A stretch of 64,000 nt of DNA, from assembly GCA_001643675.2 (NCBI GenBank), contig LSRY02000006.1, forward strand, positions 1,364,001 to 1,428,000, in the 5' to 3' direction. A model generated the notes under the pieces. The model was not told the origin of the DNA. It saw only the letters and a list, made by a program, of their open reading frames with translations, and ran no database searches. Within the stretch, counting starts at the first letter, position 1; each line of letters starts with the position of its first letter. The translations under genes and the position numbers were made by a program. The stretch is from Monocercomonoides exilis PA203 (lineage: Eukaryota; Protista; Preaxostyla). Below, one piece after another: positions 9,658 through 31,200 of the stretch.

Positions 9658-11677
9658 TCACATAGACTCTTCATCCATTTTTCGTTTCAGAACTTCATCA
9701 ACCCACTTAAGATCACCCACAAGAAATGTTGTCGAAGGCGGATGGCCAGGTGCAGGCATCAAAAGAGTGACAATGCCATCTTTGACAGAAAGAAAAACAA
9801 CAAGGCCCACAATGCTTCGAAATGATTGCACTGTCATCCAAGTGGTTTCTGTGAATGGTGGCTGAAGCCCCAGTGTCTCTGCGGTTAATGGCTGTAGCTG
9901 AACTGATGGAGTAGTAGATGATGATGGTGTTGAAGAAGATGACGCAGAGGAAGAGGATGATTCTTGGTGTGATGCTTTCTTCTCTATCTTCGGAGGAACA
10001 AGAACAGCAGCAACAGAATTTTCAAATTTCCAAAAATCTGAAGGAGGCACAGCTGTCAGGCACCTCAGATCGACTTGTGCCTTCTGCCCGGTTAATGGAG
10101 CCATTGAAGAAGTCTCGACTTTCTTCACCACTTGGAAAAGCTGCATTTGTGTGACTTTAATTGTGGTTGTATATGAGGTGAGTTCCCGATGCGGTCCATA
10201 GAAAAACGACAGGAAGCGTCGCGAGCGAGCTGCCTGCCGTTGCTGGGTCCTTCGATTAGATACCTTTGAATGGGAAATTATTTTGTTTGATGAATGTGAG
10301 CAAGCACATTTGAGCAAAAATGAAGTTTAACCCGAAGAAATTTTTGAGTGTTGAACAATATGTTAAAATATTTCAATAGTGTTGGTTTTCAAAAAGCAAT
10401 GTTTCATAAATAAAAATGATAAGATAAAAAAAAAACGAAAAAATAAGCACACTCCACCAGAACGCTGGGCCGTGTATACAAAAATGTCATCCTTCGGAAA
10501 AAGACATTTCTTGGTCTCTTCTGCACTTGCTGTAGAATTTTCTTCAAATTTATAAAACATTTCATCTGCATGAGCAGCCGTTTTCTCTTTCATAAACACT
10601 GCCAGACTGTCAAGCCCCAAATTAATTATAACATTGCTTCTTAACGAAACAACAGATGCCAACTGCAACTCGCGTCCTTCTTCTTCCTACAATTATATAT
10701 ATAAAGTTCACAAGCAGTAATGGAAATCATAGTGATCGAAAAATAAAGGATAAATTGCATACCACCCATCCACAAGTGTTAATAATGCATCCAGAATATT
10801 TTATTGCAGGATCCATTGCCATTTTCGCCTCAATCACCTCTCCGAGACGCTGTATCAACGAATGAAGACGAGGAAAATTCGGTCTAGCATCAACAAATCC
10901 GTAATAAAATATCACTGGATTTTCAAATTTTACAGCAGATTCCTTTAAATGGAGTGAAATACGAAAGTAAATTATAAAAATATTGAATAATTCTCAAATA
11001 ATGAATACCTCAATATCAACTTGCCTCTTTATCACTGATGCTGCAATTGTTCCAGGAGGAGATATAACACCTTGTCCTATATCAAGATCTATGAATAAAG
11101 GAGTTCTTCCCATTTTAACCGCATAATTCAGAAGAATTGTTGCAAGAGTTGACTTTCCACTATCTGACGGACCAATGATAATCGCCTAAATAACATATAT
11201 AAATCAAATCGTCTCAAATATTTTCAAAATTGTTGAACAAACTCTTGGACCATATGTGTCAGTTTCTTTTGCTTGCTCCCTCATTGTTTCAAGAGCCCTA
11301 AAATTGGAAAAACAAAAGAGACAATAAAATAATCAAATATTAGCATTAATAATAATCAAACCAGTGTATATTTTGATACTCTTGCATGCATGGAGCAGGG
11401 GCAATGTAAATAGAATCAGGCTTTCCTTTAACATTAACTGTGCACCCTTCCCAAGAAAAAAGGGCAATTGATTGATCCGGAGGAAGCGTATATTCTGCAT
11501 CCAATGCAAGTTCGGCTCCAAAGCATTCGCAAGTTCGATCTTTTAACTAAAAAGTCAGAAAATTTCTTTATTGTTAAAAAAACACGTTCTCCTTTTACAG
11601 ACTGTAACTGTTACTTGATCTAATTTTGTTACTATCCTAAGTTCTTGTGCTTCCGGAATTAGATATTGCATCGCCAT
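9658..11677 (-). CDS. CLP1: Polyribonucleotide 5'-hydroxyl kinase / cleavage factor Clp1 (multi-exon)
   Basis: Spliced reading gives N-terminal MAMQYLIPEAQELRI, P-loop GPSDSGKST (11147-11173), FIDLDIGQG, SGCIINTCGW, RSGGV and C-terminal GLVVFLSV...TLLMPAPG. Confidence 0.9.
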
Positions 11678-11801
11678 TTTTTTGGAGATGCTACTTGTTT
11701 TGATGTTTGTTTAATTTTTAAGAATTTCGAAATGGGATGATAAAAGTCACAAAATAAAAAAAAAAATAGAAATAAATGAATTGTTGTAAATGTTATTATT
11801 T

Positions 11802-12926
11802 TCACAATCTCTTTCCAACTGTAGTTCGTGTCCTGACACTCCTTTGGGTGTTTTCAAGCTTTGGCTCTTTTTCAGAAGATCGATGGTCATCTCCAAGAAC
11901 TATTTTTTTGTCTTGTGCAGTTGCAACTGAACGCTTGAGTGCATTTAATTGCTGTTTGTGAAGGAGAGTCAAGGTTTGATAAACATTTGTATGCCTTTGT
12001 TCAATTCTAATTCCAATTTATAAATAATTGAGAAAAAAATATACTGTGTGCAAACCGTTTATAGTCTGCTGACCTTTGCTGATTCAATTCGAACTTCTCT
12101 CTACTCAATCTCTTCAATAATCCCGACATTTCATTGGACTGTTGTTGTTTAAGTTGCTCCTTCAAGTGTTCATGCCTTGCGTCTTCATCTGCCTTAAATT
12201 GTTTAAGTTCTTTTTGTTCCTATAAGAATTCGAATAAAAAAAAAATATTAGAATCTATGAACCTAAAAGAAACAACATTAACATACAAGAGCTTCAGCAG
12301 CAAGTTTCGCTTTATTAGCTTCCTGAAATCTGATTTATTTGTTTGACGTTTTAAAAATTTCAAAATGTTTATCAATAATAAATGTGATAATAAAATGCAA
12401 ACTTCTTTTGCATTGCAAGGCTTCGTTCGGATTTGCGAAGTGTATCTATCTCAGCAGAAAACTTTGGCTTTAGCTCTGCATCTTTTTCAAATTCTTTAAG
12501 AAGTTCATTTTCCTCCTTCATGTGGCGTTTCTGCAAAATAAAAAAGAAATGAAACATATCGCATCATCATGACATCATTAACTTCAAATAAAAAACCTCC
12601 ATTGCAAGTTTTTGTTTTTCTGAATCTGCTTCGAATTGTCGAAATTCAGAATCCCATTCAGAATTAAATTGGGCTTTTAGAAAATCTCTAGCTGCTTCTA
12701 AATCGTCAATATCTTGCTTTTGCTGATTAAGCAAATTTTGTTTTTGGGTTTCAGCAAGTAGTTTCTTTGTTGCTGCCAGTTCTTTATCTGCAGCATCTGC
12801 TTCAATGTAACGCCCTTCACGAGCGCATAAATCAATTTTATCATTTAGACTTAATATTTTTTCATTTAATTCCTCGACAGTTAAGGCTGGCGTGTCCCCC
12901 TGAACTGTTTTTTGTCTTGTTGTCAT
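11802..12926 (-). CDS. Coiled-coil protein of unknown function with UVR-like 'C.REGRY.EA' helical motifs (multi-exon)
   Basis: ORF 12567-12926 plus downstream exons joined by GT-AG introns (e.g. QKK|FQEANKAK). Heptad-rich E/K/Q sequence. Stop TGA at 11802-11804. Confidence 0.7.
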
Positions 12927-13096
12927 TATCTTTTTCTAATTTAGATCATAAATACCATTGAAGCATTATTTTGTCAAAATGAAAAGAATTGTTTTTTCTG
13001 CTTTTCAAAACATAAATTTGGAGAAGTGAAATGAGGTGAAATGATTTAAATGAAACATCAAATTTAAAAGTATTTACCGATGAAGTGAAATAAATT

Positions 13097-15221
13097 CTAT
13101 TTTTCTTCAGCAACAATGTTTGCCATTCTTTCAGGTTCAACTTTCTCTTTTTCTGGAAAAAAGATAACAGATAAGAATTGCAAAATAAATGGAAAATAAA
13201 TATTGCAACAACAAAATTTGAATGAACACGAAATTATATAATAACAAGTCATACTGCGTCTTGAATTAGCCAAGATATTTTCAACTTTGCGTTTGTCGGC
13301 ATCTTCTCTGATTCTTTGCTTGATGACTTTGCGATGAAGGGACGATGGAAGATGGCGAGCACTGATAAAGAGCACAATACATGATTTAAAATAACAGTAA
13401 AAATCATTATCAATTTCATTTCACAAATAAAAACAAAAGAAAGAATGAAAAACATAAAAAAAAAAAAAAATAATTAATGAATGAATTGTCATTTGTAACA
13501 AAGAAGCAAAATCCAAACGTGACGAGTTCTTTGACTTGAGGCAGCACTTTCCACTTCTGCGTCAGTCTCCGCTGGTAGTTGAGCTTCTGCTTCTCGCGCG
13601 GCAGCAGCTGGTGTGTTGGGTCTGAGGCATGCGCCTTCCACAGCCGCACATTCGTGTCGTCTGAACCAGAAAGCACAAACTTCGCATCGCCCGTGTATGT
13701 CACCGCAAACACCCTCTGCATTCGCTTCAGATGATACACGTCGCGCGACTTCCCTTGTCCAACCTCCCACATACGCACCGTGCGGTCGTAGGAGCCTGAG
13801 CAGAACTCTCTTCCCGTGGGCGAGTAATCTACACTCATCACAGCATCCAGATGGTCTTTGTACACCATCCGCGCGATGTTCATCTTCCGCATGTCGTATT
13901 CGTATATGTTGCCGTCTTCGTTTCCCGCTATGAAGTTGAACGGCTCCATCGGATTCCAGCAGAGGCTGTTCGTCTTCATCCGCATGATCAGCTTGTGGAT
14001 GGGAGTCTCCTTCCGCACATCATACAGCACAATCCCACGGTCGCTGCCGCAGGTGGCAAAGACTTCGACCTCCACCCGGTTGAACTTGGCGTGGTAGACT
14101 GTGTCTGCACCCCAGCTGAACGACTGCACGGGAACTGACCGCTCAGCATTCCACACATCCACCTGGGCACCAGTCGTGCAAAACGTGTCGTCTTTCCAGC
14201 TGTGGTCGACTGACGTGAAAGCATACTGACCCAATCTCGTTGCGATGGGCGTTTCTGTCATCTCGGTTGTTATCGAGGACGAAAATGTCTTTGATGATGA
14301 AGAAACATCTTTGGTCCATTCGGCTGTGCCAACTTTTGCTCGTGATGCTATCAACTCTTCATCCGCACTGTCCTCACTTTCATCCCTCTCTTCATCGTTC
14401 TTTTCATCGTCTTCCGAAACATCATCGTTACCTTCGTTGTCAGAATTATCAGTTTGTGAAACTTCTTCTTCTTTATCTTTGTGTTTTTCAGATCTTATTC
14501 TCTTCCTTTTTTGAAGCAATCCCACAGCATCGTCTTCGCTATCGTCTTCATCTTCGCTTTGGTCATTTTCATCGTCACTTTCACTATCAGATTCACTGAA
14601 AGAGTTACTTTCATTATCATAATAATCTTCTTCATCATCTCCAAATCCTCCAACAAGTCCAACTCTCGTTTTTGATAAAACTTTGCCTTCTTTCTCAAAT
14701 TTTTCTTGTTCACGTTTTCTATGAATATAAGCTGCAACAGAATTTTCCCTGCGATCCCCTTGTATCCAAAGATCTGATTTCCAAATCTTTACAGTTTTAT
14801 CTTCGCTGCATGTTATTAATCGAGAACCATCTCCTGGAAGAGTCATTCCACGAACAAATCCATTGTGCGCTTGAAAGGAACTCATGAGAGATCTTGTCGT
14901 TGTATTCCATACTCGAACCTCTTTTTATAAGGAAATATTTGAAATAAACATGAAACATCAAATAAATGAAAAAAAACCTCCATCACAGCTTCCTGAAAAT
15001 ACGCAATTTAATCTTCTCGGATGCCTTATTAAACTCCAAATACCGTCCATGTGCCCAGATAATGCACAAACGAAGGGCTTAGCAAAAATACGATCCAATT
15101 TTGCTCCTGTGATAGCTCGCTGTGCTTCACGAGCTTTAGCCATTGGATGAACTTCAGATGAAAGATTTCGATGAAGCAAAGGTTTGTTCGGTGGAACACG
15201 CGTAATTACCTTTACTTTCAT
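13097..15221 (-). CDS. DCAF13: Sof1/DCAF13 WD40 U3 snoRNP / SSU processome protein (4 exons)
   Basis: MKVKVITR...HPMAKAREAQRAITGAKLDRIFAKPF; WNPMEPFNF; DYSPTGREFCSGSYDRT; VYHLKRMQRVF; SGSDDTNVRLWKA; ARHLP. Confidence 0.95.
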
Positions 15222-15374
15222 CAATTCTTTATGAAAAAATTATGAATAACGGAAATACAAGATCAAAAATATTTTGTTATGTTTAACTATATTTGAAGAT
15301 TAAAACAAATGCAAGTTTTGAAAAAAAACTCGCCAAAATAAAATAATAAATAAAAATATAGTTTTTTTTTAAAA

Positions 15375-17203
15375 TTATTTTCTTGCAGTCGAAGTTAAGC
15401 TGTCAACCTTTCTTGGTCGTCCTCTTGGCCTTTTAATGCCTTGGCTTTCTCTTCTCTTTATTTCTGCCATTTTAGCTTTTGTTTTTCTCTGAATTCTTTC
15501 ATCATCATCATCATCATCATCATGTTCCATAGGTTGTTTGCGCATTGATGTTGAATGGTCCATTTCTCGAGCTACTCTTTGTTGCACGGAAGATCTTGGT
15601 AAAGTTTTTATTCTTTTCAACGCTTTCGTTTCCTTTTCTCTCTCAGCATGTTCATCTTCTTCTCCATCATCTTCTTCATCTTCTTCAACGACATGCTTAT
15701 GCTTTGGTGAAGTCATCTCTTTTTCTTTTTCAAGCTCGTTTGCTTCTTCATCATCTTCATCATCTGAACTTTCATCGCTGCTCTCTTCTTCCACTTCATC
15801 TACCGAAAGCAACGGAAACCCGCTGCTTTCAAGCAGTATGTTTGCATCCTTCCATGCTTTATGCCGTTCGAGTCTCAGTCGCAATAGTTCTTCTCTCAGC
15901 TGTTGCTTCCTTTTTCGGCATTGCATTATTGCTTTTGACCCACAAACTGCAGTCATAAGTTTGTTATGCTGGAATAATTTTTTAGGAGAAAAAAAAAACA
16001 TTGTTTAAGAGGAATGTGGGGAAAAAAGAATGAATATTTTTGATGATCCAAAAGAAGTTTGGAGATTGTTTCATATTTGTTTCAAAAGCTCAAAGCAAGC
16101 ACACCTGTGCTTTATATTGTGCAGTTACTGCAATTCTCATATCCTCACATAGCTTGCTTGCTTTATCTCTTTCATCATCTGTAGCATTTTGATTTTCCAG
16201 CAAAACATTCTCAATTTCCTGAATAGAATCTGCAACAATCTGAATTCCTGTTTCAAACGGAGTTTCTTTTCGTCTTGATCGTTTCTTTTCTTTTTCAACA
16301 AGCTCAGCTATTAGCTGCTGACTTCTCCGTCGAACAAGAGCCGTATCCCAAGCTTCTTCATGCTGGATTTCAATGTTATCTTTTTGGTGAATGCCTATGG
16401 TAGTATGCGTTGCATTTGAATCTTTCTTTGTTCGAGTTGAATGCACTTCGGCTTGGATATTTGATGAAATAGAAGATGACCGTCCTTCTTGAGTAACTGA
16501 TGATGCAAGAGTAGATTTAGGTTGTATTGCTGATGTTTCACTGGATGCAAGCAATGAAGAAGAAGAGTTTTGAGATATCATCTGCAAAAGCGTTTGTTGG
16601 ATAAATCGTTTTGGCTTTGGCGTTGACTTTCGCTTCTCAACATTTAAATGTGAACTTTGAATTAACTTATGCGGCTCTTGATCAATAAAAGAAGGCCCTT
16701 GCATATTTGATAAGTGTTCTGGAGACGTTTCTGGAAGAAATGGCGAGGAGGAGTCAGATTCAAAAAAAGGCTCATCTGAATCAATAACAGGCTGAACATT
16801 TAATAAATCAACATCTTGAGATTTACTGGGCAATGCTTGCCCTGTTTCTCCTGAAAAATTCGTTAAATTGGAATTTTCTTGAACAGAATTGCTTTGAATA
16901 GCCGGATTAGAATTTTCAGGTGGCTGTGAAGTGATTCCGGGGAAAGCTTGAGCTTAAAAAATAAGTTTTCAATTAATATAAATCAAGTAAAATTATTTTT
17001 ATGAAATTATTCAAACTCACTGAAATCCCCTCGAAAAACAATCTTCGATTGATTCGCCAGCTTCTGTAAAAATCGCAAAATAAATTCATAAAAATCATAT
17101 AAAATAGTTAGAGTTAATTAATGCTATACGATTCAGAACGTTTTTGTGTGATGGATCGTGACCAATGAGGAGTGTCTTTTTGAAATAATTGTTGTTCAGA
17201 CAT
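15375..17203 (-). CDS. Acidic, largely disordered nuclear protein with C-terminal AT-hook (about 4 exons)
   Basis: ORFs 16090-16833 and 15375-16001 are joinable by a GT-AG intron, with short upstream exons to an ATG at 17203. KRPRGRPRK AT-hook at 15408-15434. Confidence 0.65.
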
Positions 17204-17429
17204 GTAATAAGGGTAGATCACTGAAAGAAGTGTGAATTAACTTGATAAATATGCTTAATAATTTTTTGAACATATTATTTCAAAAAACAATTGTGCATGA
17301 GTAGAGAAGACATGATTAAAAAAATGCAAAACAAACTTAGAATATATCAATTTTACCATAATATTAGATTTTTTTCTAATATTTTGATCATTTCAGCAGT
17401 GATTGCTGAGAAGACAATATTTGAATAAA

Positions 17430-25577
<8,148 letters not shown>

Positions 25578-26477
25578 AGAATGAAAAAAAAATAAAAAAA
25601 TAAAAAATAAAAATAACTTCATTTTGAATGAATTTATTAATAATTTCAAAAATAAAAATTTATAATAATTATTTATTTATTTTATATTTGGCACGACTTG
25701 CATGTGTTGTAAATGAACGCTTATTAAGATTGTCTCAGATGCTTTTCTTCCTTCTTGCTTGCTTGCTTGTTTTTTTGTTTTGTTTTGTATTGTTTTCATT
25801 AGTAGCTCACAAATAATTGAGTATTCAAGCAAATTTTTTTCAATGTTAACTGTGAAGTTATTTTTATTAAAGCTTCATTTCTTCTGTCCTCGTTTTTTTT
25901 CAGCTCTTCTTCTGAACATTAAGGTTTTTCTAAAAAAAAAAGGTGTATAATTCTTTTTTTCGCTTCTTAATCACGACTCTTTTGTAGTTTTCTTATCTTG
26001 CAGTTTTAGAGGAAACATCCACTTTCACATGCGAATAAAAAAACACTTCGTCGAAAATTGAAAACTTCACGAATTTTGAGAAAAAAAAAGTGGAGATTTA
26101 AAATAACAAAAGTTTTTCAAAAAAATGTCCTACAATAATAATGATTATAATGAGACATTCTGGATTGAGATGTGGGAGACATTTTCATTTAATTTTTTGG
26201 AACGAAAAAACATATTTTATCACAGAAAATTATAAAATTAGTTTTATTTTTATTGTTGAAATTTTTTGAAAGAACGATGAAAGAAAACAATTGGAAAAAA
26301 CAGTTTTCAACTGAAAGAAATTGTTAATCCCTCAGTGAAATGTGACTTTGAATATTGTTTGATTTATTGAATTTTATTTTTGCACTCCTTTATAATTCAT
26401 AGTCCAGATAATTATTTTGGCAAAAAATATTTGCTTGAGCCATAATATAATATAAAATACAAAGAAGTGTTACGCAC

Positions 26478-28267
26478 ATGCAACCTTTGACCAACCGCGA
26501 AACAGGTCCACCCTACACTTCAGAAGAACAGCAATGCTTCAATTATTACTTCAATTTATGGAGTGAAGGAGGGGTATTTCCGATGTCAAAAGCAATGGTC
26601 CTGGAATCTTCGAATATTCCTCGGCAAGCACTTGGATATATTTGGTCGCAAAGCGCACAGCCAAACACACCATTCCTCACTAAAAATGACTTTTTTTATG
26701 CGCTTAGGCTTATTGCAATGGTTCAACGTGGATTGAACATCAGGGATCCATATGTTATTCGATCTTATAGAGGTTTGAAAATGATTAAATACAACTCATT
26801 TTAATTATTTTTAACACTTTTCTTTAAACATGCTTTTTAGATCCATCGACACCTGTATTTCAGCAGACAGTTTGCTTTTATATTTATTATTTATTGGCAC
26901 ACTTCATGTTTATAACTTTTCATAGGCTTCTGGACCGATTGGACCCTCTCCATATCAAGCAACTCCTAGCCAAGCTCCTGTTCAACCACAACCTCCGTCT
27001 GATCCTTATTCAATTCCCCAATCAGAAATCGATGAATTGAGAACTGTGTTTAATCAAGGATCTGTTGGACTTCCATTTATGAAAGAAGAGAAAGTTCGAG
27101 ATTTTCTTGTTAAAAACGGCTCAATGATGGATGATGCAATGCAGCTTTTGCAGTTATTGAATCCACAGCACGGGACGATTACAAAAGATACATTTGTGGC
27201 AATTGTGTTTTTGGCAAATCAGAAAAAGAAAGGCGTTCCCATACCACCAGAAATTCCACCGTCAATCCTTACCAGTCTTCCTAATTTGCCCGTTGCAGCA
27301 CCCGCGCCTGCTTCAGAGCCTGCTCCTCCAGCAAATGTTGGCGCTCAGTCGTTTTCGAGGCAATCTTCATTTTCACAGGCACCAAGTTCACAGCAGTCTC
27401 CGATGTATGGGCAGCAGATGATGGGCATTTCAGGCGCAGGTGAAATGAATGCTGGTGGAGGGATGCTTGGAGGCTCTTTTTCGCAGCAGCAGCTTCCGCC
27501 GTATTCGCAGCAAGGAATGATCGGAGGAGGAGGAGCAGTTGGAGGAGGAGCACCAGGTGCTGGCGGATATGGTGGAATGCGTGATTTCCCGCAGCAGGCT
27601 CCGATGCAACAACAACAACAACAACCAAATCAGCAACCTCACCAGGGATTCGGCTTTGGTTTTGGAATGGACCAAAGCGGAAAGAGCACACAGGGAGGAG
27701 CTCAGCAGATGTATCCAGGTATGCAGCAGTCACAGACTCCTATGACAACAACTGCTCCTTCTTCTTCTGCTGCACCTGCCCCAGCTCCTGCCCAAGCACC
27801 GAAGGAAGAGGAAACAGAAGATCCACTCATCTCGTCGATTACGTCGGCATTCCAGTCGATGCTGGGTGATGCTCTACCTTCTTCTCTGTTTTCATCATCA
27901 TCTTCCTCTTCTTCCTCCTCCCCTTCTTCTTCTTCTGCTGCTGCTCCTCCTTCCTCTTCAGCATCTTCATCATCAACCGCTTCTTCTTCTTCTTCTTCTT
28001 CTTCTGCAGACACAGCCTCAGTGCATTCATCACATTCTGTGTTCTCCTCCCACACTCAGCACGCTACACCTTCTCTTCCAATGACTTCTCCATCTAATCC
28101 ATCTAATCCTTCAGATGATCCATTGATGTCCATGTTTTCTTCATCCCAGCAGTCAAACACACCAACTGGCTCTTTTTCTCCTTCTCCTTCTTCTTCGTCT
28201 TCATCATCATCTTCTTCAGCATCTTCAACAATGAGCAATTCGTTTTCTCTTTCCTCTTTTTCTTCTC

Positions 28268-28298
<31 letters not shown>

Positions 28299-31200
28299 AT
28301 TTGTCTCATCAACCCCAAGCACTCCTCCTCCTTCGTCTGCAGCGTCGATGCAGAGAAGGATGTCGAATGAGGCAGCAAATGACTTGTTTACTTCAATGTC
28401 AGCAGGAGAGCCAGATTCTGCTCAGAAACAAGCTTCGTTCTCGTTTAATTCATCGCTCATGGCAATGTCTTCATCTTCTGCTTCACCTTCTGCCTCTTCT
28501 GCCAATTCTTCTTCTTCTTCTTCTTCATTTGATGCCAGCTCCTTCGGCTTCTCCAACACACAAAAGGAAGAATCACCACAAATACAACAACAACAGCCAC
28601 AGCAGACTGGGCAGATGTTCCACTTCCAGTCAGAAACAGAGCCCCATCCGAATGTTCCTTTCTCTTCTTCTTCTTCTCAGTCTGCACAGCAACCTGCCCT
28701 TTCTCTCAATGTTATGTCTGCTCAGTCTAATCAAGCTCTTCAGTCTCCACAAGCTAACCAGTATTCTCAATACAATCAATTTTCACAACCTTCTCAGTCT
28801 CCTATGGCTTCTATGACATCAATGAATTCGACGAATCCACAAAGTGTATCACAGTTTCCTGATATGTCACAGCAGAATATGAATAACAACAATATCAGCA
28901 ATGTTAGCAGCATCAGCAGTGTTAGCAATGTTAGCAATATCAATATGCCTCACCCTCAGCCTCTGCCTCAGCCTCTGCCAGATGTTCCATCGATGATTCC
29001 TCAATTGAAAGAGATGGAAAGGAAGAATGAGCAGAAGATAGCTGAGCTGAAGGCAGAAGAGGAGAGGTTGAAGGAACAGCTGGAAGATGATGGCAGAATG
29101 GAGGAGTCGATGAAAAAACAGGTTTGAAAGAAAATTCATATAAAATATGTGAAAATAGTGAAAAGGCTTTATATATGCGGAAAATAATGTGTTTAAACAA
29201 TTCTTTATTGAATGTACCTGTCATTTCAATTATTTTATATTGCGTATTCTATTTTTTTTTTTTTTTTATTCAATATTTTATTTTATTTTTTATTTATTTT
29301 TCATCTTCTTCTCTTCTCTCAACAGATTGCCAGTCAAATCCGCGAGCTGAGTGACTTGTCCAACCGTCTCTTCAGCCTCACTGTCTCCATCCAATTGACA
29401 ACTGCCTCTTTAGAACACGCAAAAGCCGAAGCTGCAAAGATGGAGGAAATGAAAGCAGAATCACAGAGAGCAATACAGGAGAAGATGAATATATCGTCTT
29501 CTATTGCTTCTTCTTCTTCTTCTGCTCCATTTGCTTCCTCCATGTCACACGATGCCATGGGCTCTGGTGAATTATTGGTTGGTTTCCAGAAGATGGACGA
29601 TAATTCATTCAATCAGATGCCACAAATGACACAGCAAACACTGCAATCTCAATCTTCTCAATCTTCTCAGATGTTTGAAAGGTTCCAGCCAGCGCCTTCT
29701 TCGAAGCCAGCTGGAGATTTGTCTTCGTTCTCCCCGGCAAACAACCAGAATCTGAATATGTTTGGCTCAGGTGCTTCTTCGCCTTCTTCTTCTTCTCCAT
29801 CATCATCTTCTTCTTCTTCTTCTTCTTCTTCTGCAATGCCATTTTCTATGAATGATTCAACAGCACAGCTACCTCATTCTCAACCAACAGCAACATCATC
29901 AACAGCATCAGCATCAACAACAGCTGCTGCTGCTTTTGACTTTTCCTCTTTCAGTTCCCCCGCCCCTTCCACTCCAGCCACAAATACCTCCTTTTCAACT
30001 CCATCGTCAATGCTGTCGCCTTCTTCTGCTGTTGGTAGTGGAGGCAGCCAGCTTGCTCCTCAACAACAGAAAGACACAGCTTCAACTTCAGCTTCGTTTG
30101 ACATCTTCTTCGGACAGCAGAATGTTAGTTCGTCTTCTATTGAACCTTCATCATCATCATCATCTTCTTCTTCTTCTTCTTCTTCTTCTTCTTCATTTGT
30201 TTCAGATTCCTCTACCATGTCCCATCCGAATCCACCAACCATCTTCTCCCAGATGAACTCAGCCCAGTCACAAAAGCCAGAAATGACTGAAATTAAACAA
30301 GAAAGCTCTTTCCAACAGAAGCAACAACAACAACAACAAACAGAGACAGCATCTGCTGATATGTTCGGATTCTTCGGCTCTTCTGGCTCATCAACTCCAG
30401 CTTCTGCAACTCCAGCTGCTGTACAATCACCTGCTCCTTCTTCTTCTTCTTCTTCCTCTGGTTTTGCCTTCTTCTCATTTGGAGGAGGAGGAGGAGGAGG
30501 AGTAACTCAACAGAATGCAGTGAATACTCCAACACACACAAGCTCTTCTACTCAGGCGATTCCAACTGGCTTTGCAGGCTTTGGTGGATGGGGTGTTGTG
30601 GAAGAGAAGCAGAAGAAGGAGAAAGAAGAAGAAGAAAAGGAGAAAGAGGAGGAAGAGCGAAGAAGAAGAGCGAAGGAAGAAGAAGAGGAGGAGGAGAGGA
30701 GGAAGAGGCAGGAAGCGGAAGAGAAGGCGAGAAGAGAAGAAGAAGAGGAAAGAGAAAGAGAAAGAGAAAGAGAAAGAATTAGATTAGAAGAAGAGAGAAA
30801 GAGAAGAGAAGAAGAAGAAGAAGCAGAGCGCCAGCGAAGAGAGGCAGAAGAGGCAGAAAGAAGGAGAAGAGAAGAAGAAGCAGCAGCAGAAGCAGAAAGA
30901 GAGAGGAAGAGGAAAGAGGAAGAAGAGGCGGCTGAGCTGAGAAGAAAAGCAGAAGAACTGGAAAGAGCAGAGAAAGAGGCAGAAGAAGAGAGGAGGAGGC
31001 AGTTGCTGAATGCGCCTATGCAATTTCTGGACCCGTTTGCTGATTTGAAGAAAGGGAAGAAGAAGAAAGGGAAAAAAGGAGCGAAGAAGAAGAAAGGGAA
31101 GAAAGGAGCGAAGAAGAGAGAGGAAGAGGAAGAAGACGATGGAGATGAAGAATCTGAGAAAGAAAAGCCAGCAAGTCAGACAGCTGTTGCTCCGATGCCT

